Positions 38,796 to 49,259 are shown, counted from the stretch's first letter. The stretch is DNA of 62,520 nucleotides from Opitutales bacterium (GCA_049599475.1 JBMYOQ010000018.1:1-62520), one strand, 5' to 3'. Notes: generated from the sequence alone by a model not told the origin. Made by a program: numbers and translations.

Positions 38796-39842
38796 ATGAG
38801 CAATCAGATTACACAACAGAATTTTGAGCCGATCGAGTATGATCAGTGCAACAAGATTCAGAAAATAGCCTTGTTCATGGTGGTGATTGGACCCGAGGCA
38901 GCCGCAGCCTTAATCAATCATTTTGAGGATCATGAGGTCGAGGCTATTTGCCGCGAGATTACGAAGTATCAAATGATTGATACTGAGATCAAGGATAAGG
39001 TCCTCCATGAGTTTTCGGACGTTATCTTGAGCAGTATGGGCTCAGTCCTTGGTGGACCCCAATTCGCGCACCGGACACTCGAGCTGGCGAAAGGGGACTT
39101 CAAGGCTAATTCGCTTTTGAGTCGTTTGTCTCCGATCGGCAATTCCTTGGAAGTGATCAAGGAGATCGGCGATATGGAGCCACGGCAGATTTATAATCTG
39201 ATCCGAGACGAGCAGTCCCAGACGATCGCCTTTATTATTAGTTATTTGAATATCAACAAGGCCGCAGAGGTGATTGAAATGTTGGCTCCGAATGTTCGCG
39301 AAGAGGTCGTAGAGCGACTCGGTGCGATGGAGACTACATCTCTCGAGCACGTCGGCAAGGTCGTCCAGACGATTAAGCGCCACCTCGATATCAAGCAAAA
39401 GCAAAGCAGGCACCAAAGTGGCGGTGTGCGCTCTGTTGCGGACTTGCTCAATCTGCTCGACAAGGAAATGTCGAAAACGCTTCTGGCTTCTTTGGAAGAG
39501 AGAAACCCGGCGCTCGGCACTCAGATCAAGCGGAAGATGTTCAGCTTCGACGATTTGGCTTCTCTGGAGATCAGCGATCTACAGCGCATTACACGGGAAA
39601 TCGATATGCAGGATCTCGTAGTGGCGATGAAGTCTGCGAATTCGACGCTGCAGTCTTCGATCTACAGTTCGGTATCGAAGCGGGCAGCGGAAACTCTGAA
39701 GGAAGAGCTCGAAATGCTCGGCCCGGTAAGGTTGAAGGAAGTGGAAGCAGCCCAAGACCGCATCATTCAAATCGTACGTCGACTCGAAGAAGAAGGCGAA
39801 ATCCAGCTCGGAGGAGGCGGCGAAGGTGGCGTCCTTATGTAA
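38796..39842 (+). CDS. fliG: Flagellar motor switch protein
   Basis: EQSQTIA, GGVRSVADLLN, MFSFDDL and GPVRLKEVEAAQ motifs. Confidence 0.96.
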   Translation: MSNQITQQNFEPIEYDQCNKIQKIALFMVVIGPEAAAALINHFEDHEVEAICREITKYQMIDTEIKDKVLHEFSDVILSSMGSVLGGPQFAHRTLELAKGDFKANSLLSRLSPIGNSLEVIKEIGDMEPRQIYNLIRDEQSQTIAFIISYLNINKAAEVIEMLAPNVREEVVERLGAMETTSLEHVGKVVQTIKRHLDIKQKQSRHQSGGVRSVADLLNLLDKEMSKTLLASLEERNPALGTQIKRKMFSFDDLASLEISDLQRITREIDMQDLVVAMKSANSTLQSSIYSSVSKRAAETLKEELEMLGPVRLKEVEAAQDRIIQIVRRLEEEGEIQLGGGGEGGVLM

Positions 39843-40425
39843 AACTTTGCGCCTGGCCTCACCGATCAAGAAGGTGGAGCTCGCATACTTCGGTGAGGAT
39901 CGAATCGATCCAGCTGAACTTGAGGGGATTCGCTCCGAGGCTACTGCTGAAGGTAGGTCTCAGGCGGAGGAAGTGCACAATGCGCAGATCTTGGAATTCC
40001 GGGAGGAGCTGCGTTCTTTGCACGACGATGTCCTAGGATCTTTGATGCAGGAATTCGAGACCCTGAAACAAGGAGTCGCTGAAGCCATGCCTCGTATGGC
40101 GATCGCACTACTCAAAAAGACTTTGCCTACAGTGACGATCGATGCCGAGGCGATTGAGAAACAGATAGAGGCGCTTGTGAAGGAATACTCAGGAGAAGAT
40201 GAGGGGACGCTGAATGCGTATGTCGCCCCAGATGACTTTCGCTTAATGTGCAAATCCGCAGGAGCTTCCCCGGATGCAGAATTTTTGAAAGAGGGGAATG
40301 TATGTGTGACTCCCAAAGAAAATCTCACCCATGGAGATTGTCAGCTTCTGTCGAAATTTGGGCTGATCGATGCCTCCATTCAAACAAAAGTTAAGCATCT
40401 CGAAATTGCCTTGTTGGGACAATGA
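39826..40425 (+). CDS. fliH: Flagellar assembly protein
   Basis: Position between fliG and fliI; C-terminal LTHGDC...GLIDAS. Confidence 0.8.
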   Translation: MASLCKTLRLASPIKKVELAYFGEDRIDPAELEGIRSEATAEGRSQAEEVHNAQILEFREELRSLHDDVLGSLMQEFETLKQGVAEAMPRMAIALLKKTLPTVTIDAEAIEKQIEALVKEYSGEDEGTLNAYVAPDDFRLMCKSAGASPDAEFLKEGNVCVTPKENLTHGDCQLLSKFGLIDASIQTKVKHLEIALLGQ

Positions 40426-41747
40426 TTGATCTCATAACAGAGAAGGAAAATTGGATACATAAACGGCTCGAAACTCTTGAGCCGATCGAGAAGCTTGGAC
40501 GCGTAGTCCGTGTCACGGGCATGCTCGTGGAATCCCACGGTCCTGATGTTTCGGTGGGCGATATTTGCGAATTGAAGTCGAGTCGTAAGAGCTCAGTAAC
40601 GATGGCCGAAGTTGTCGGGTTTCGTGATGAGAATGTATTGCTTATGCCTTTGACAGATATGGGAGACATTCACCCCGGTTGTCTGACGATTCACAGTCCA
40701 GGCCGTTCACAAGTGCCTTGTGGTATGGGCTTGCTGGGGCGCATTATTGACGGGCAAGGCGAACCGATCGACGGGAAGGGCCCTTTAGAAGTAGAATATG
40801 AGAATAGGGTACTGAATGCTAGCGCTCCGAATCCAATGTTGCGTAAGCCGATCGACGAAAATTTCGAGACTGGTGTGCGTTCTATCGATACATTTACATC
40901 CTTAGGGGTTGGCCAGCGTGTAGGGATTTTCGCCGGTAGTGGTGTCGGTAAATCGACATTGCTTGGTATGGTGGCCCGAGGAAGCTCTTCGGATATCAAT
41001 GTCGTTGCATTGGTTGGTGAGCGGGGAAGGGAGCTGCGTGAGTTTATCGAAAACGATTTGGGTGAAGAAGGTATGGCACGCACCGTCGTTGTAGTGTCGA
41101 CATCCGACCACTCTGCGCCTTTAAGAATTCGAGCTGCATTGTTGGCGACTACGATTGCGGAAAGTTTTCGAGATATGGGGCATAATGTGCTCTTCATGAT
41201 GGACAGTGTAACGCGTTTTGCGATGGCCCAGCGAGAAGTCGGGCTCACTGTAGGTGAACCCCCCACATCGCGCGGGTATACGCCCTCGGTATTTGCGCTT
41301 TTACCACGATTGCTTGAGCGCGCAGGACGCAGTGAAACCGGATCAATAACTGGAATCTATACCGTCTTGGTGGAAGGCGATGATATGAATGAGCCCGTTG
41401 CTGACGCTGTGCGTGGTATATTGGACGGTCATATTGTGCTTCGCCGAAAACTGGCCGCCGCCAATCATTTTCCACCGGTCGATGTCTTGGATAGCGTCAG
41501 TCGACTTACGCGACAGATATGTAATGAGGAAGAGCAACAACTCATTGGCGAAGCGCGTGATTTGTTAGCTCTCTATCAGCAAAATGAAGATTTAATTCAA
41601 GTTGGAGCCTATGCGCAGGGCACTCAACCTCGCTTAGACCGAGCGATTCAACTGTATCCAGTAATAAATAGCGTTTTAATGCAGCATTTTAACGAACTTG
41701 AGACAAGAAACGAAGCTTTTGGGCGACTTAAATCAATACTGCAATGA
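40422..41747 (+). CDS. fliI: Flagellum-specific export ATPase
   Basis: AGSGVGKS, VGERGRE, MDSVTRFA and LDGHIVL motifs. Confidence 0.96.
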   Translation: MIDLITEKENWIHKRLETLEPIEKLGRVVRVTGMLVESHGPDVSVGDICELKSSRKSSVTMAEVVGFRDENVLLMPLTDMGDIHPGCLTIHSPGRSQVPCGMGLLGRIIDGQGEPIDGKGPLEVEYENRVLNASAPNPMLRKPIDENFETGVRSIDTFTSLGVGQRVGIFAGSGVGKSTLLGMVARGSSSDINVVALVGERGRELREFIENDLGEEGMARTVVVVSTSDHSAPLRIRAALLATTIAESFRDMGHNVLFMMDSVTRFAMAQREVGLTVGEPPTSRGYTPSVFALLPRLLERAGRSETGSITGIYTVLVEGDDMNEPVADAVRGILDGHIVLRRKLAAANHFPPVDVLDSVSRLTRQICNEEEQQLIGEARDLLALYQQNEDLIQVGAYAQGTQPRLDRAIQLYPVINSVLMQHFNELETRNEAFGRLKSILQ

Positions 41748-42202
41748 GATCGTTTAAGTTCAAACTAGAATCGATCAAAAAAATTCGTGAATCCGAGGAG
41801 AAGCATGCCTTGGATGAGTATGCGAAGGCTATGCAACGTAGGCACAGTCAAGAGCTTCGTATTGAAAAATTGGAGCAAGATCTTCGAGATGCCGAAGGCG
41901 AGATTGTTGCGCGCAGAAAACGGACGCTTTGTGCCGGAGACCTCCATGCGGATCGCAATGCCACCATGGCAATTCGCTTACAACTTGAGTCCACAAGGAA
42001 GGAGTTGGAGGCTGCTCTTCAAGAGGAAGATGCGTCGCGAGATGTGTTTCTCGAGGCAAAATCCAATCGCGAGATTTTGGTGCGACTCGAGGACAAGCAT
42101 AAGCTTGATTTTGAGAAAGAGGAACGTCGTAAAGAAGAGATCGAGATAGAGGATATCGTCGTCTCGCGGCATGGTCGCATGAACGAAGGAACCTTGGTGT
42201 AA
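41744..42202 (+). CDS. fliJ: Flagellar export chaperone
   Basis: FKFKLESI N-terminus, coiled coil, position after fliI. Confidence 0.85.
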   Translation: MRSFKFKLESIKKIRESEEKHALDEYAKAMQRRHSQELRIEKLEQDLRDAEGEIVARRKRTLCAGDLHADRNATMAIRLQLESTRKELEAALQEEDASRDVFLEAKSNREILVRLEDKHKLDFEKEERRKEEIEIEDIVVSRHGRMNEGTLV

Positions 42203-42205
42203 GTT

Positions 42206-42805
42206 ATGGGGCTGCTTCGATCATATTGGTTTCTCGCGGTATTGGCTTTGGTAGTCAATATTGGTACGTACACAGCGCTGTTTATGGGAAGTGGCGCACA
42301 GCTCGCTACAGTGCTCCCTAAGCCCAAGGCAGCCGGTGTTCCTCGCGAAGAATATATACCATTTTGGGATTTCCGTACTGAACAGATCGAATCTCTGGTT
42401 GAAGATCTCAAAAAGGAGAATGACCGCATCAGTATCCGGGAGGCCGAGCTTCTAAAAATCGAGTCTAGAATCACTAGTGAACGCGAAGAACTGGAGCGGC
42501 TGCGGAATGAGGTAGAAGTTTACCAAAACGAGCTGATGACCCGCATTATTACTGTTGAACAGAGCGAGGAGAAGAATATCAAAACGCTAGCAACAACCTA
42601 CGCAGCAATGCCTGCGGAGTCGGCAGTGAAAGTCTTTGATGAGATGGATGATTTCTTCGTTGCCAAAATGTTATCCATGATGGGGACAGAAACCGTTTCC
42701 GGAATTTTCGAGCAAATGATCGCACAAGGAGGGCAGGGGCCTGAGAACGTAAAGCGTGTAGCTAACCTCTCGGAGCTCCTACGTCTGCTGGAAAAGAAAA
42801 AATAA
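42206..42805 (+). CDS. MotE/YlxF-like (MgtE-N-like) flagellar protein
   Basis: TM plus coiled coil plus LATTYAAMPAESAVKVF; position between fliJ and fliK. Confidence 0.75.
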   Translation: MGLLRSYWFLAVLALVVNIGTYTALFMGSGAQLATVLPKPKAAGVPREEYIPFWDFRTEQIESLVEDLKKENDRISIREAELLKIESRITSEREELERLRNEVEVYQNELMTRIITVEQSEEKNIKTLATTYAAMPAESAVKVFDEMDDFFVAKMLSMMGTETVSGIFEQMIAQGGQGPENVKRVANLSELLRLLEKKK

Positions 42806-42842
42806 ACATACACCTGCTCTCTGGGGCCTCAAAGACTGTATT

Positions 42843-44636
42843 ATGAGTAATAGTATTTTCCCTATTTCACCTGTGTCGAAATCTACTGATGAGTACACAT
42901 CGACATATTCACCTAAAGCCGCGAGAAGTTCAGACTCCTCTGCAACATCCTTCGAGGACTCGATGCGCATGATGGAAGATTCGAGGGGCGACTCTGGAAG
43001 ATTCGTTGAGAATAAGGACACTTATCGAGACCAGAATAGGGATTCCTTACATGAGGGGGTGAATTCTAGGCAACGAGAGGCACCTTCCAATGAGGATACT
43101 CCGCGTGAACCTGAGGCCGAGAAAGCGGGTCTAGAAAACTCTCAGGAACGCCTAGTTAACAAGGACAGCTCTAAGGCGAGCGAGGCGAAGAATGATGAAG
43201 CTGAGAATGCCGATGAGGCTCAGGGGCTTGAAGATTTGGAGCAGAGTAAAGGCGAGAATACAGAGGCTGGCGCTAAGCGCATATTCACAGCAGGAGACGC
43301 CAGTGCTGGTGCTATTTCTACCCTGAAAGCGAGTCTTGCCGCTACTTCGAAGAAGAATTCTAAGGTTGGTGATGCCCAGCAAGCAGCCACAGGTGATCTT
43401 GCAGCGAAGAAGGCGGTGAAGCCCAAGCTTGATCCGACTTCTGGAGCTCCGAATTCGAAGGTTGAAGGAAATTCTGGCGAGAGCAAGGAGGCAGGAAATG
43501 CTCGGGTGGTGCCTTTGCATGGGCGACCAGGTCGGGCGGATGCAAGTACCCTGAAGCAAGTGGCTGAGAAGGCCCTCGATGCTGCCAATTCGACTCAGAC
43601 TAAAGAGGCCGCTGCGACTTCTTCAAAAGCCCAAAGCAACTCTGTGGCGGCTGTTTCTGAAAAGCTCGAAGCGCTCGCAAAATTGACCTCCAGACGCGTC
43701 AAAAATGGCTCGGAAGAAAGTGCTAAAGCACAGGCATTAGAGGGTGGTAAGGTAAAAGGTAAAAAAATAAATGTAGTTGATAAAGAACAACTTGCGAAAC
43801 AAGCAAATTCAAGTGGCCCCGCTAATGCTAAACAATCGAGTATGCAATTGAACGAGGCATTTGAAGGCACCGAATTTAGTGAAGCTCTACCCAAAGCTCT
43901 CGAGAGACCGGTGGTTCAAACAAAGAATGCTGCTGACGGTTTACCTCTAGAAGGTAAGCGGAAGAAGGCTGCCGCCAGTGCATCAAAAGTTTCAGGCGAG
44001 GAAGTTGGGAGTCTTTTGAAATCTGCGAACAATGCCAACCGCCGGATAGATCCTATACAGGACCGCACATTCTCGCCCATGTCAGAGATGGGTTCACGCA
44101 CCTTCGAAGTGCAAGTGACTAAGGATGTGCAATCAAGCCGCCCTGCAGATGCCGTCCGCGCCGTGCAACAAGCTTTTAATCAGATTGGAGAAGCCCAGCC
44201 GTCCAAAATGCGCTTCTCTCTAAACATGTCAAATGGTGAGCGTATCGATATTCAAGTCGTTCAACGAGACGGGGGCCTTCAAGTGAGAATGGCCGCACAA
44301 TCTCCAGAGTTGCGCGAAGCATTGACGCGTAGTTGGGATACCCTGACACAAAGTGCTCAGAATAAAGGTATTCGCCTGGTTCCACCGGTGATCGATGCAT
44401 TGCCACAAGCGCAAAATACCCAGTTTGATCGTGGTAATACCCAGCAACAATCACAGACACCGTCAGATCGCCAAGCGGGTAATCAAGATCCCCGCGGTGG
44501 TCGACAAGAGTCTCAAAGTGATGCGCGAGATCGTGAAAGCTTCCGAGAAGCCTTCCGTGAGAATCTCCGCGAACATGCTCAACGTCAACAGCCCAGTTTC
44601 GCAGAGGCTGGCGCTAAGAACCCAATTTCCCGCTAG
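42843..44636 (+). CDS. fliK: Flagellar hook-length control protein
   Basis: Long low-complexity N-terminus; C-terminal T3S4-like GERIDIQVVQRDGGLQVRM...LREAL; position before flgD. Confidence 0.75.
   Translation: MSNSIFPISPVSKSTDEYTSTYSPKAARSSDSSATSFEDSMRMMEDSRGDSGRFVENKDTYRDQNRDSLHEGVNSRQREAPSNEDTPREPEAEKAGLENSQERLVNKDSSKASEAKNDEAENADEAQGLEDLEQSKGENTEAGAKRIFTAGDASAGAISTLKASLAATSKKNSKVGDAQQAATGDLAAKKAVKPKLDPTSGAPNSKVEGNSGESKEAGNARVVPLHGRPGRADASTLKQVAEKALDAANSTQTKEAAATSSKAQSNSVAAVSEKLEALAKLTSRRVKNGSEESAKAQALEGGKVKGKKINVVDKEQLAKQANSSGPANAKQSSMQLNEAFEGTEFSEALPKALERPVVQTKNAADGLPLEGKRKKAAASASKVSGEEVGSLLKSANNANRRIDPIQDRTFSPMSEMGSRTFEVQVTKDVQSSRPADAVRAVQQAFNQIGEAQPSKMRFSLNMSNGERIDIQVVQRDGGLQVRMAAQSPELREALTRSWDTLTQSAQNKGIRLVPPVIDALPQAQNTQFDRGNTQQQSQTPSDRQAGNQDPRGGRQESQSDARDRESFREAFRENLREHAQRQQPSFAEAGAKNPISR
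43814..43829 (+). promoter_or_regulatory. Sigma54 -24/-12 consensus inside fliK
   Basis: TGGCCCCGCTAATGCT has exact GG-N10-GC spacing, with an AT-rich tract upstream and an in-frame ATG at 43842. Confidence 0.5.
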
Positions 44637-44642
44637 TTTATT

Positions 44643-45062
44643 ATGTCAGATATATCGAGTGTATTCAGTGCTACGGCACCTAGGGACACTACCTACGAAA
44701 GTGGAGTCGCCCCCAAGAACTTGGATTCTTCAGAATTCATGGAGCTGCTGACTGTTCAATTAACCAATCAAGATCCTTTAGAGCCTATGAAGGACACAGA
44801 GTTTTTAGCACAAATGGCCCAATTTACATCTTTAGAGCAAATGCAGACTATGGTTGACGGATTTACTCAATTAAATGATCTGCAAAACCTCACAACGGCC
44901 CAGTCCTACCTTGGACGCACAGTCACCGTTCTTAATAATGGGAATAGTGTAGAAGGTGTCGTGGAATCAGTATCACAGGGAGAAACAGAAGTTGTTCTCA
45001 CCGTAGGAGGCACGGATTATCCGATGTCGTCAGTTAGTCGAGTTAGCCTAGTGCAAGGTTAA
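44643..45062 (+). CDS. flgD: Flagellar hook capping protein
   Basis: FMELLTVQLTNQDPLEPM...AQMAQFTSLEQ. Confidence 0.96.
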   Translation: MSDISSVFSATAPRDTTYESGVAPKNLDSSEFMELLTVQLTNQDPLEPMKDTEFLAQMAQFTSLEQMQTMVDGFTQLNDLQNLTTAQSYLGRTVTVLNNGNSVEGVVESVSQGETEVVLTVGGTDYPMSSVSRVSLVQG

Positions 45063-45101
45063 ACGGAACCATAGAATTAATTAACCAAAGCCCATAATAA
45101 T

Positions 45102-46091
45102 ATGATTGGATCCTTAGTTAGTGGCGTTAGCGCCCTCAAAACGTATACACGCGGCTTAGAAGTCGTAAGTAACAATATCGCCAATGTAAATTCTATCGCT
45201 TACAAAGGCTCTCGTGCCACTTATGGGGACACCTTCAGCAAGCTTTTGAAAGATGCATCACCATCCAGTGATTCGGCATCCAATACACCTCCGCAACAGA
45301 TTGGTAATGGTGTGCAGCTTACATCAATCTCGACGAATTTCACTCAAGGCCCTGTGAGTCAAACCGGTGTAAACACAGACCTGGCGCTTCAAGGGGGCGG
45401 TTACTTTCAGGTAGTCGATCCTACTTCAGGCACTACATATGCCACGCGAGCAGGTAATTTCAAGTTTGATGATAATTTCAATCTGGTAACCCAGGATGGT
45501 TTCCGTGTCCAAGGACTTACTGGGGGCTCAATTCGTCTTGAAGCATCGGGTACAACTGCTGATGACTTGACCTATTCGATCATTACAGCCGACACTGTTG
45601 CTCCAGCAACGAGCGGAAATATTTCAGGTGATTTCAGTGCATTTAGCGTAGGAACTGGAGCATTTACCATCGACCGAACTGGGGTCGCGGGTGGTGTCGC
45701 AGATGCAGATGTGGAAGCCAATGCTCCATCACTCGCATCGATTTCATTCGGTTCGACCGGGGAGGTGACAGCTCTGTTAACAAATGGAGCGACATTTGAA
45801 ATCGGAACGATTCAACTCACAGACTTTGTCGACCAGCAGGCGCTTACAAAAGAAGGTAACGGCCTCTATAGTGGATTTGAAGTCGCTGGACAAAAGAACG
45901 GCGGCGCAGCGTTTTCACCTGGCACAAATGGTACTGGATCGATCCGATCGGGTGCTCTCGAGTCGGGCAATGTCGACCTCACTGAAGAGTTCTCCAATTT
46001 GATCGTCCAGCAACGTAGTTTTCAGGCTGGTTCGCGAATCGTGACAACGTCTGACCAGGTCCTGCAGGAGCTCGTGAACCTGAAACGATAA
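45102..46091 (+). CDS. flgE: Flagellar hook protein (short form)
   Basis: SNNIANVN, TDLALQGGGYF, TRAGNF and LESGNVDLTEEFSNLIVQQRSFQA motifs. Confidence 0.9.
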   Translation: MIGSLVSGVSALKTYTRGLEVVSNNIANVNSIAYKGSRATYGDTFSKLLKDASPSSDSASNTPPQQIGNGVQLTSISTNFTQGPVSQTGVNTDLALQGGGYFQVVDPTSGTTYATRAGNFKFDDNFNLVTQDGFRVQGLTGGSIRLEASGTTADDLTYSIITADTVAPATSGNISGDFSAFSVGTGAFTIDRTGVAGGVADADVEANAPSLASISFGSTGEVTALLTNGATFEIGTIQLTDFVDQQALTKEGNGLYSGFEVAGQKNGGAAFSPGTNGTGSIRSGALESGNVDLTEEFSNLIVQQRSFQAGSRIVTTSDQVLQELVNLKR

Positions 46092-46127
46092 GTAGTCTAG
46101 GTATTTAATCCCAAACTTCTTCTTAAA

Positions 46128-46682
46128 ATGTCTGATGAAAATGTAGAAGAACTACCAGCAGCGGAATCAAAGGGCCCCAATCCTTTGATTCCGGTAATCG
46201 CCATCGTGGTGTTGCTGCCAGTTATCAATTTTTTGATGACAAAATTTCTGCTCATTCCGAGTATGCAAGGAGCATTGGCTCAGACCATTGAAGAAAGTGG
46301 AATTGCAGATCAAGGAGAGGAAGGAGCTGCTGAGGTCGCAGAGGCTGCGGCCGAACCGGCGGCTGAGGGGGAAGGGCTCGGTGGGGGAACCTACGAGTTT
46401 GATGGTATAATTGCCAATCTCGCAGGAGCCATGAGAAGCCGCTACGTCAAGGTGAGCTTCATGGTAGAAGGTTCGGATCCAGAGTTTACCGCAACGATCG
46501 AAAAATTTAAACCGAAGCTTGTGGACGCGACGATCGGTGTATTATCCGCGCTGTCTATCCAGGATTTGGAAGACGCCGGAGTGAAGAACGTGTTGCGCAA
46601 TGATTTGATGGGAGCTTTCGAAAATGTAATGCGAAAACGCTTAGTCGAAGGGCTCTATTTTTCAGAATTCGTAGTGCAATAA
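46128..46682 (+). CDS. fliL: Flagellar basal body-associated protein
   Basis: N-terminal TM, IANLAG...RYVKV and LYFSEFVVQ. Confidence 0.93.
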   Translation: MSDENVEELPAAESKGPNPLIPVIAIVVLLPVINFLMTKFLLIPSMQGALAQTIEESGIADQGEEGAAEVAEAAAEPAAEGEGLGGGTYEFDGIIANLAGAMRSRYVKVSFMVEGSDPEFTATIEKFKPKLVDATIGVLSALSIQDLEDAGVKNVLRNDLMGAFENVMRKRLVEGLYFSEFVVQ

Positions 46683-46699
46683 TTGTAAGGTAATTTTAT

Positions 46700-47728
46700 A
46701 TGGCTGATCCTGAGGATATGGGTGGAGATATCGGTGCAGACTTTCTGAGTCAGTCCGATATCGATTCGTTGATGGCGGCTGCTGAGAGCGATGAGTCGTC
46801 AGCGCTTGAGGTCTTTGCTCCGAATGGTTCTCGATACGAAGATGTATCGAATATCCATATCGAAACATATGACTTTCGTAACCCGGTCTTCTTGACAGAG
46901 ATTGAATTAAGGCAAGTTAGAATTCGGCATGAGCAGTTTATTTACTACTTAGCCGCGCGCCTTTCGATGTTTCTGCGCATGGACTTCAGCTTGAAAATGT
47001 CCAAGCTGCACACCACGCCCTATTTAAAGTTCACTGAGGCGATTCCTAATCCAACGCACATTGTATTATTCAATGTGGAGCAGCTTTCGGGCACCTGTGT
47101 TATGGATATGAGTCCTCGTCTGGCTATGACGATTATCGACCGCCTGCTGGGGGGTAAGGGGCATAGTGTTCGTGATGAACGTTACCTGACCGATATTGAG
47201 ATCGCTCTGATGGACGATGTACTCTCGGTTATTCTTGAGGAGTGGTGTCGCCAATGGGAAGATCTGCGTGAACTCAATGCATCGATTGTGGGTCGCGAGA
47301 ACAATGGTCGTTTTCTTCAAACTTCGCCACACGATGCGATTATGCTGATTCTTACGATGGAAGCGGCACTCGGAGATTGCTCTGATTATATTCAGATCGC
47401 GGTGCCATACTACACCGTAGAGCCGATTATCAAACAGATGCAGGAGGACTCTAAGACCTACTCAAGAAGTGAAGTGAAAGAGAAGGCCATGTCATGGCGA
47501 GATTCATACAGTAATATTTCTGTGCCTATTATTGCTGAATGGGATGCCTTTGAAATGAATTTATCCGATGTCTTATCGCTTCGCCCAGGTGACCTTCTTG
47601 AGCTTCCAAAAGGTGTCATAAAAGAGACCAAATTACGCGTGGAAGATACGACATGCTACACCGGCGAGGTTGGAATCGAAGACGGATCAGTTGCCGTAAA
47701 AATTAGTAGTCGAGCTACGGAACTCTAG
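46700..47728 (+). CDS. fliM: Flagellar motor switch protein
   Basis: LSQSDIDSLM (CheY-P binding motif), YDFRNP, DRLLGGKG and LTDIE. Confidence 0.95.
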   Translation: MADPEDMGGDIGADFLSQSDIDSLMAAAESDESSALEVFAPNGSRYEDVSNIHIETYDFRNPVFLTEIELRQVRIRHEQFIYYLAARLSMFLRMDFSLKMSKLHTTPYLKFTEAIPNPTHIVLFNVEQLSGTCVMDMSPRLAMTIIDRLLGGKGHSVRDERYLTDIEIALMDDVLSVILEEWCRQWEDLRELNASIVGRENNGRFLQTSPHDAIMLILTMEAALGDCSDYIQIAVPYYTVEPIIKQMQEDSKTYSRSEVKEKAMSWRDSYSNISVPIIAEWDAFEMNLSDVLSLRPGDLLELPKGVIKETKLRVEDTTCYTGEVGIEDGSVAVKISSRATEL

Positions 47729-47733
47729 AAATT

Positions 47734-47994
47734 ATGGAAAACCTTACTGAATCCCCCAATTTAGATGTTGTTCTGGACGTTAAAGTGCAGGCGACGGTGC
47801 AACTAGGTTCGTGCGAACTCCCGATGCGAGAAATTTTTGAGCTAAACCCAGGATCTGTCCTGCAACTGAAACAACAGGCAAAAGACCCAGTGGGTTTATT
47901 TGTGAACCAAAAGCTTATAGCTTATGGGGAAGTGGTCGTTGTAGAAGATAATTTTGGTATCAAATTAACTGAACTCGTCGGCGAGCTTAAATAA
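47734..47994 (+). CDS. fliN: Flagellar motor switch protein
   Basis: LDVKV...LG...GEVVVVEDNFGIKLTE. Confidence 0.95.
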   Translation: MENLTESPNLDVVLDVKVQATVQLGSCELPMREIFELNPGSVLQLKQQAKDPVGLFVNQKLIAYGEVVVVEDNFGIKLTELVGELK

Positions 47995-48000
47995 AGCAAA

Positions 48001-48525
48001 ATGCAAATATCTCCTGCACACCGAATACGCGCAGTTTCGGCTGCAATTTTTTTATGGGCTGCTCAATGGACTATCGCTCAGGATGAACCCAGCTCGGAGA
48101 AGGAGGTTGTTCCAGCACCTGAAGCAGAGCAGATTATTGAGCCGAGAACAAGTAAGTTGAATGATGTTATCGTTGGAGAAAGAGCACCGCAAGGCCCTTC
48201 AAGTTCGTTTTTGACTACGCTGGGATCATGGATTGTTGTATTCATTGTCTTTGGCGCAGCCTTTGTCTATGTTAAGAAAAAGGGGCTTCTAAAATCACCG
48301 AACGTAACGGGTCCTGAGAAAGCCTTGAATATCGTCGAAACGACTGCTTTGGGAGGAAGGCAGTTTCTCGTATTGGCTCGAGTGAGAGATAAAGAGGTAC
48401 TACTGGGTGTCGGCCAGGGGTTCATTTCGAAACTTGATTCTATTGATGCTTCGGTGGATTCCACGGACCATCGCTCTTTCGAATCTGACTTAAGACAAGA
48501 ATTTGAGGAGGGACACAGTTCGTGA
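48001..48525 (+). CDS. fliO: Flagellar biosynthesis protein FliO
   Basis: TM plus IVETTALGGRQFLVL...VLLGV; position before fliP. Confidence 0.88.
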   Translation: MQISPAHRIRAVSAAIFLWAAQWTIAQDEPSSEKEVVPAPEAEQIIEPRTSKLNDVIVGERAPQGPSSSFLTTLGSWIVVFIVFGAAFVYVKKKGLLKSPNVTGPEKALNIVETTALGGRQFLVLARVRDKEVLLGVGQGFISKLDSIDASVDSTDHRSFESDLRQEFEEGHSS

Positions 48526-49259
48526 TTGGTCGTATTTTCGTGTGTTTATTGTGTCTGCTACCTCTTGCTGCGGCGAACGCACAGGCCGGCCCCTTTTCTA
48601 TTGATATCGAGCTCGGAGGTGAGGGCGGCGGTGATTTTGGTCTGGCTATTCAGATAGTCATTCTGATGACTGTCCTAACCCTGGCTCCATCAATCGTTGT
48701 AATGATGACTTCATTCACGCGGATTGTAATAATTCTAGGTTTTGTGAGGACTGCTATGGGCGTGCAAAGTGCACCGTCTAATCAAATTATTTTGGGTTTA
48801 GCTTTGTTCCTTACTTATTTCATCATGGGCCCAACACTAAATGATGCCTATGAGAAGGGACTAGCACCTTATTCTGAAGGTGAAATAACTTCAAAGGAAG
48901 CTATGGAGGTTGTTAGCGGAGAGTTTCGAGAATTTATGCTCACGCATACGCGACCAGAAGATATAGAATTTATGCTAGGTTTAAGTGGACTCGGTCCGAC
49001 CGCTGTGTCTGAGATTCCTATGCGTGTCGTAATCCCATCATTCATTCTGAGTGAATTGAGGATAGCATTTCAAATGGGATTTCTAATCTTCATACCTTTT
49101 TTGGTAATTGATTTTGTTGTAGGTTCCACGCTTATGGCGATGGGGATGATGATGATGCCACCAATTGTCGTGTCTCTACCATTCAAACTACTTCTGTTTG
49201 TATTGGTTGATGGATGGACCTTAATTATTCAATCGATCGTCAATAGTTTTATCGTATGA
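48522..49259 (+). CDS. fliP: Flagellar export gate protein
   Basis: MTSFTRI, MGMMMMPP and LPFKLLLFVLVDGW motifs. Confidence 0.97.
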   Translation: MIGRIFVCLLCLLPLAAANAQAGPFSIDIELGGEGGGDFGLAIQIVILMTVLTLAPSIVVMMTSFTRIVIILGFVRTAMGVQSAPSNQIILGLALFLTYFIMGPTLNDAYEKGLAPYSEGEITSKEAMEVVSGEFREFMLTHTRPEDIEFMLGLSGLGPTAVSEIPMRVVIPSFILSELRIAFQMGFLIFIPFLVIDFVVGSTLMAMGMMMMPPIVVSLPFKLLLFVLVDGWTLIIQSIVNSFIV

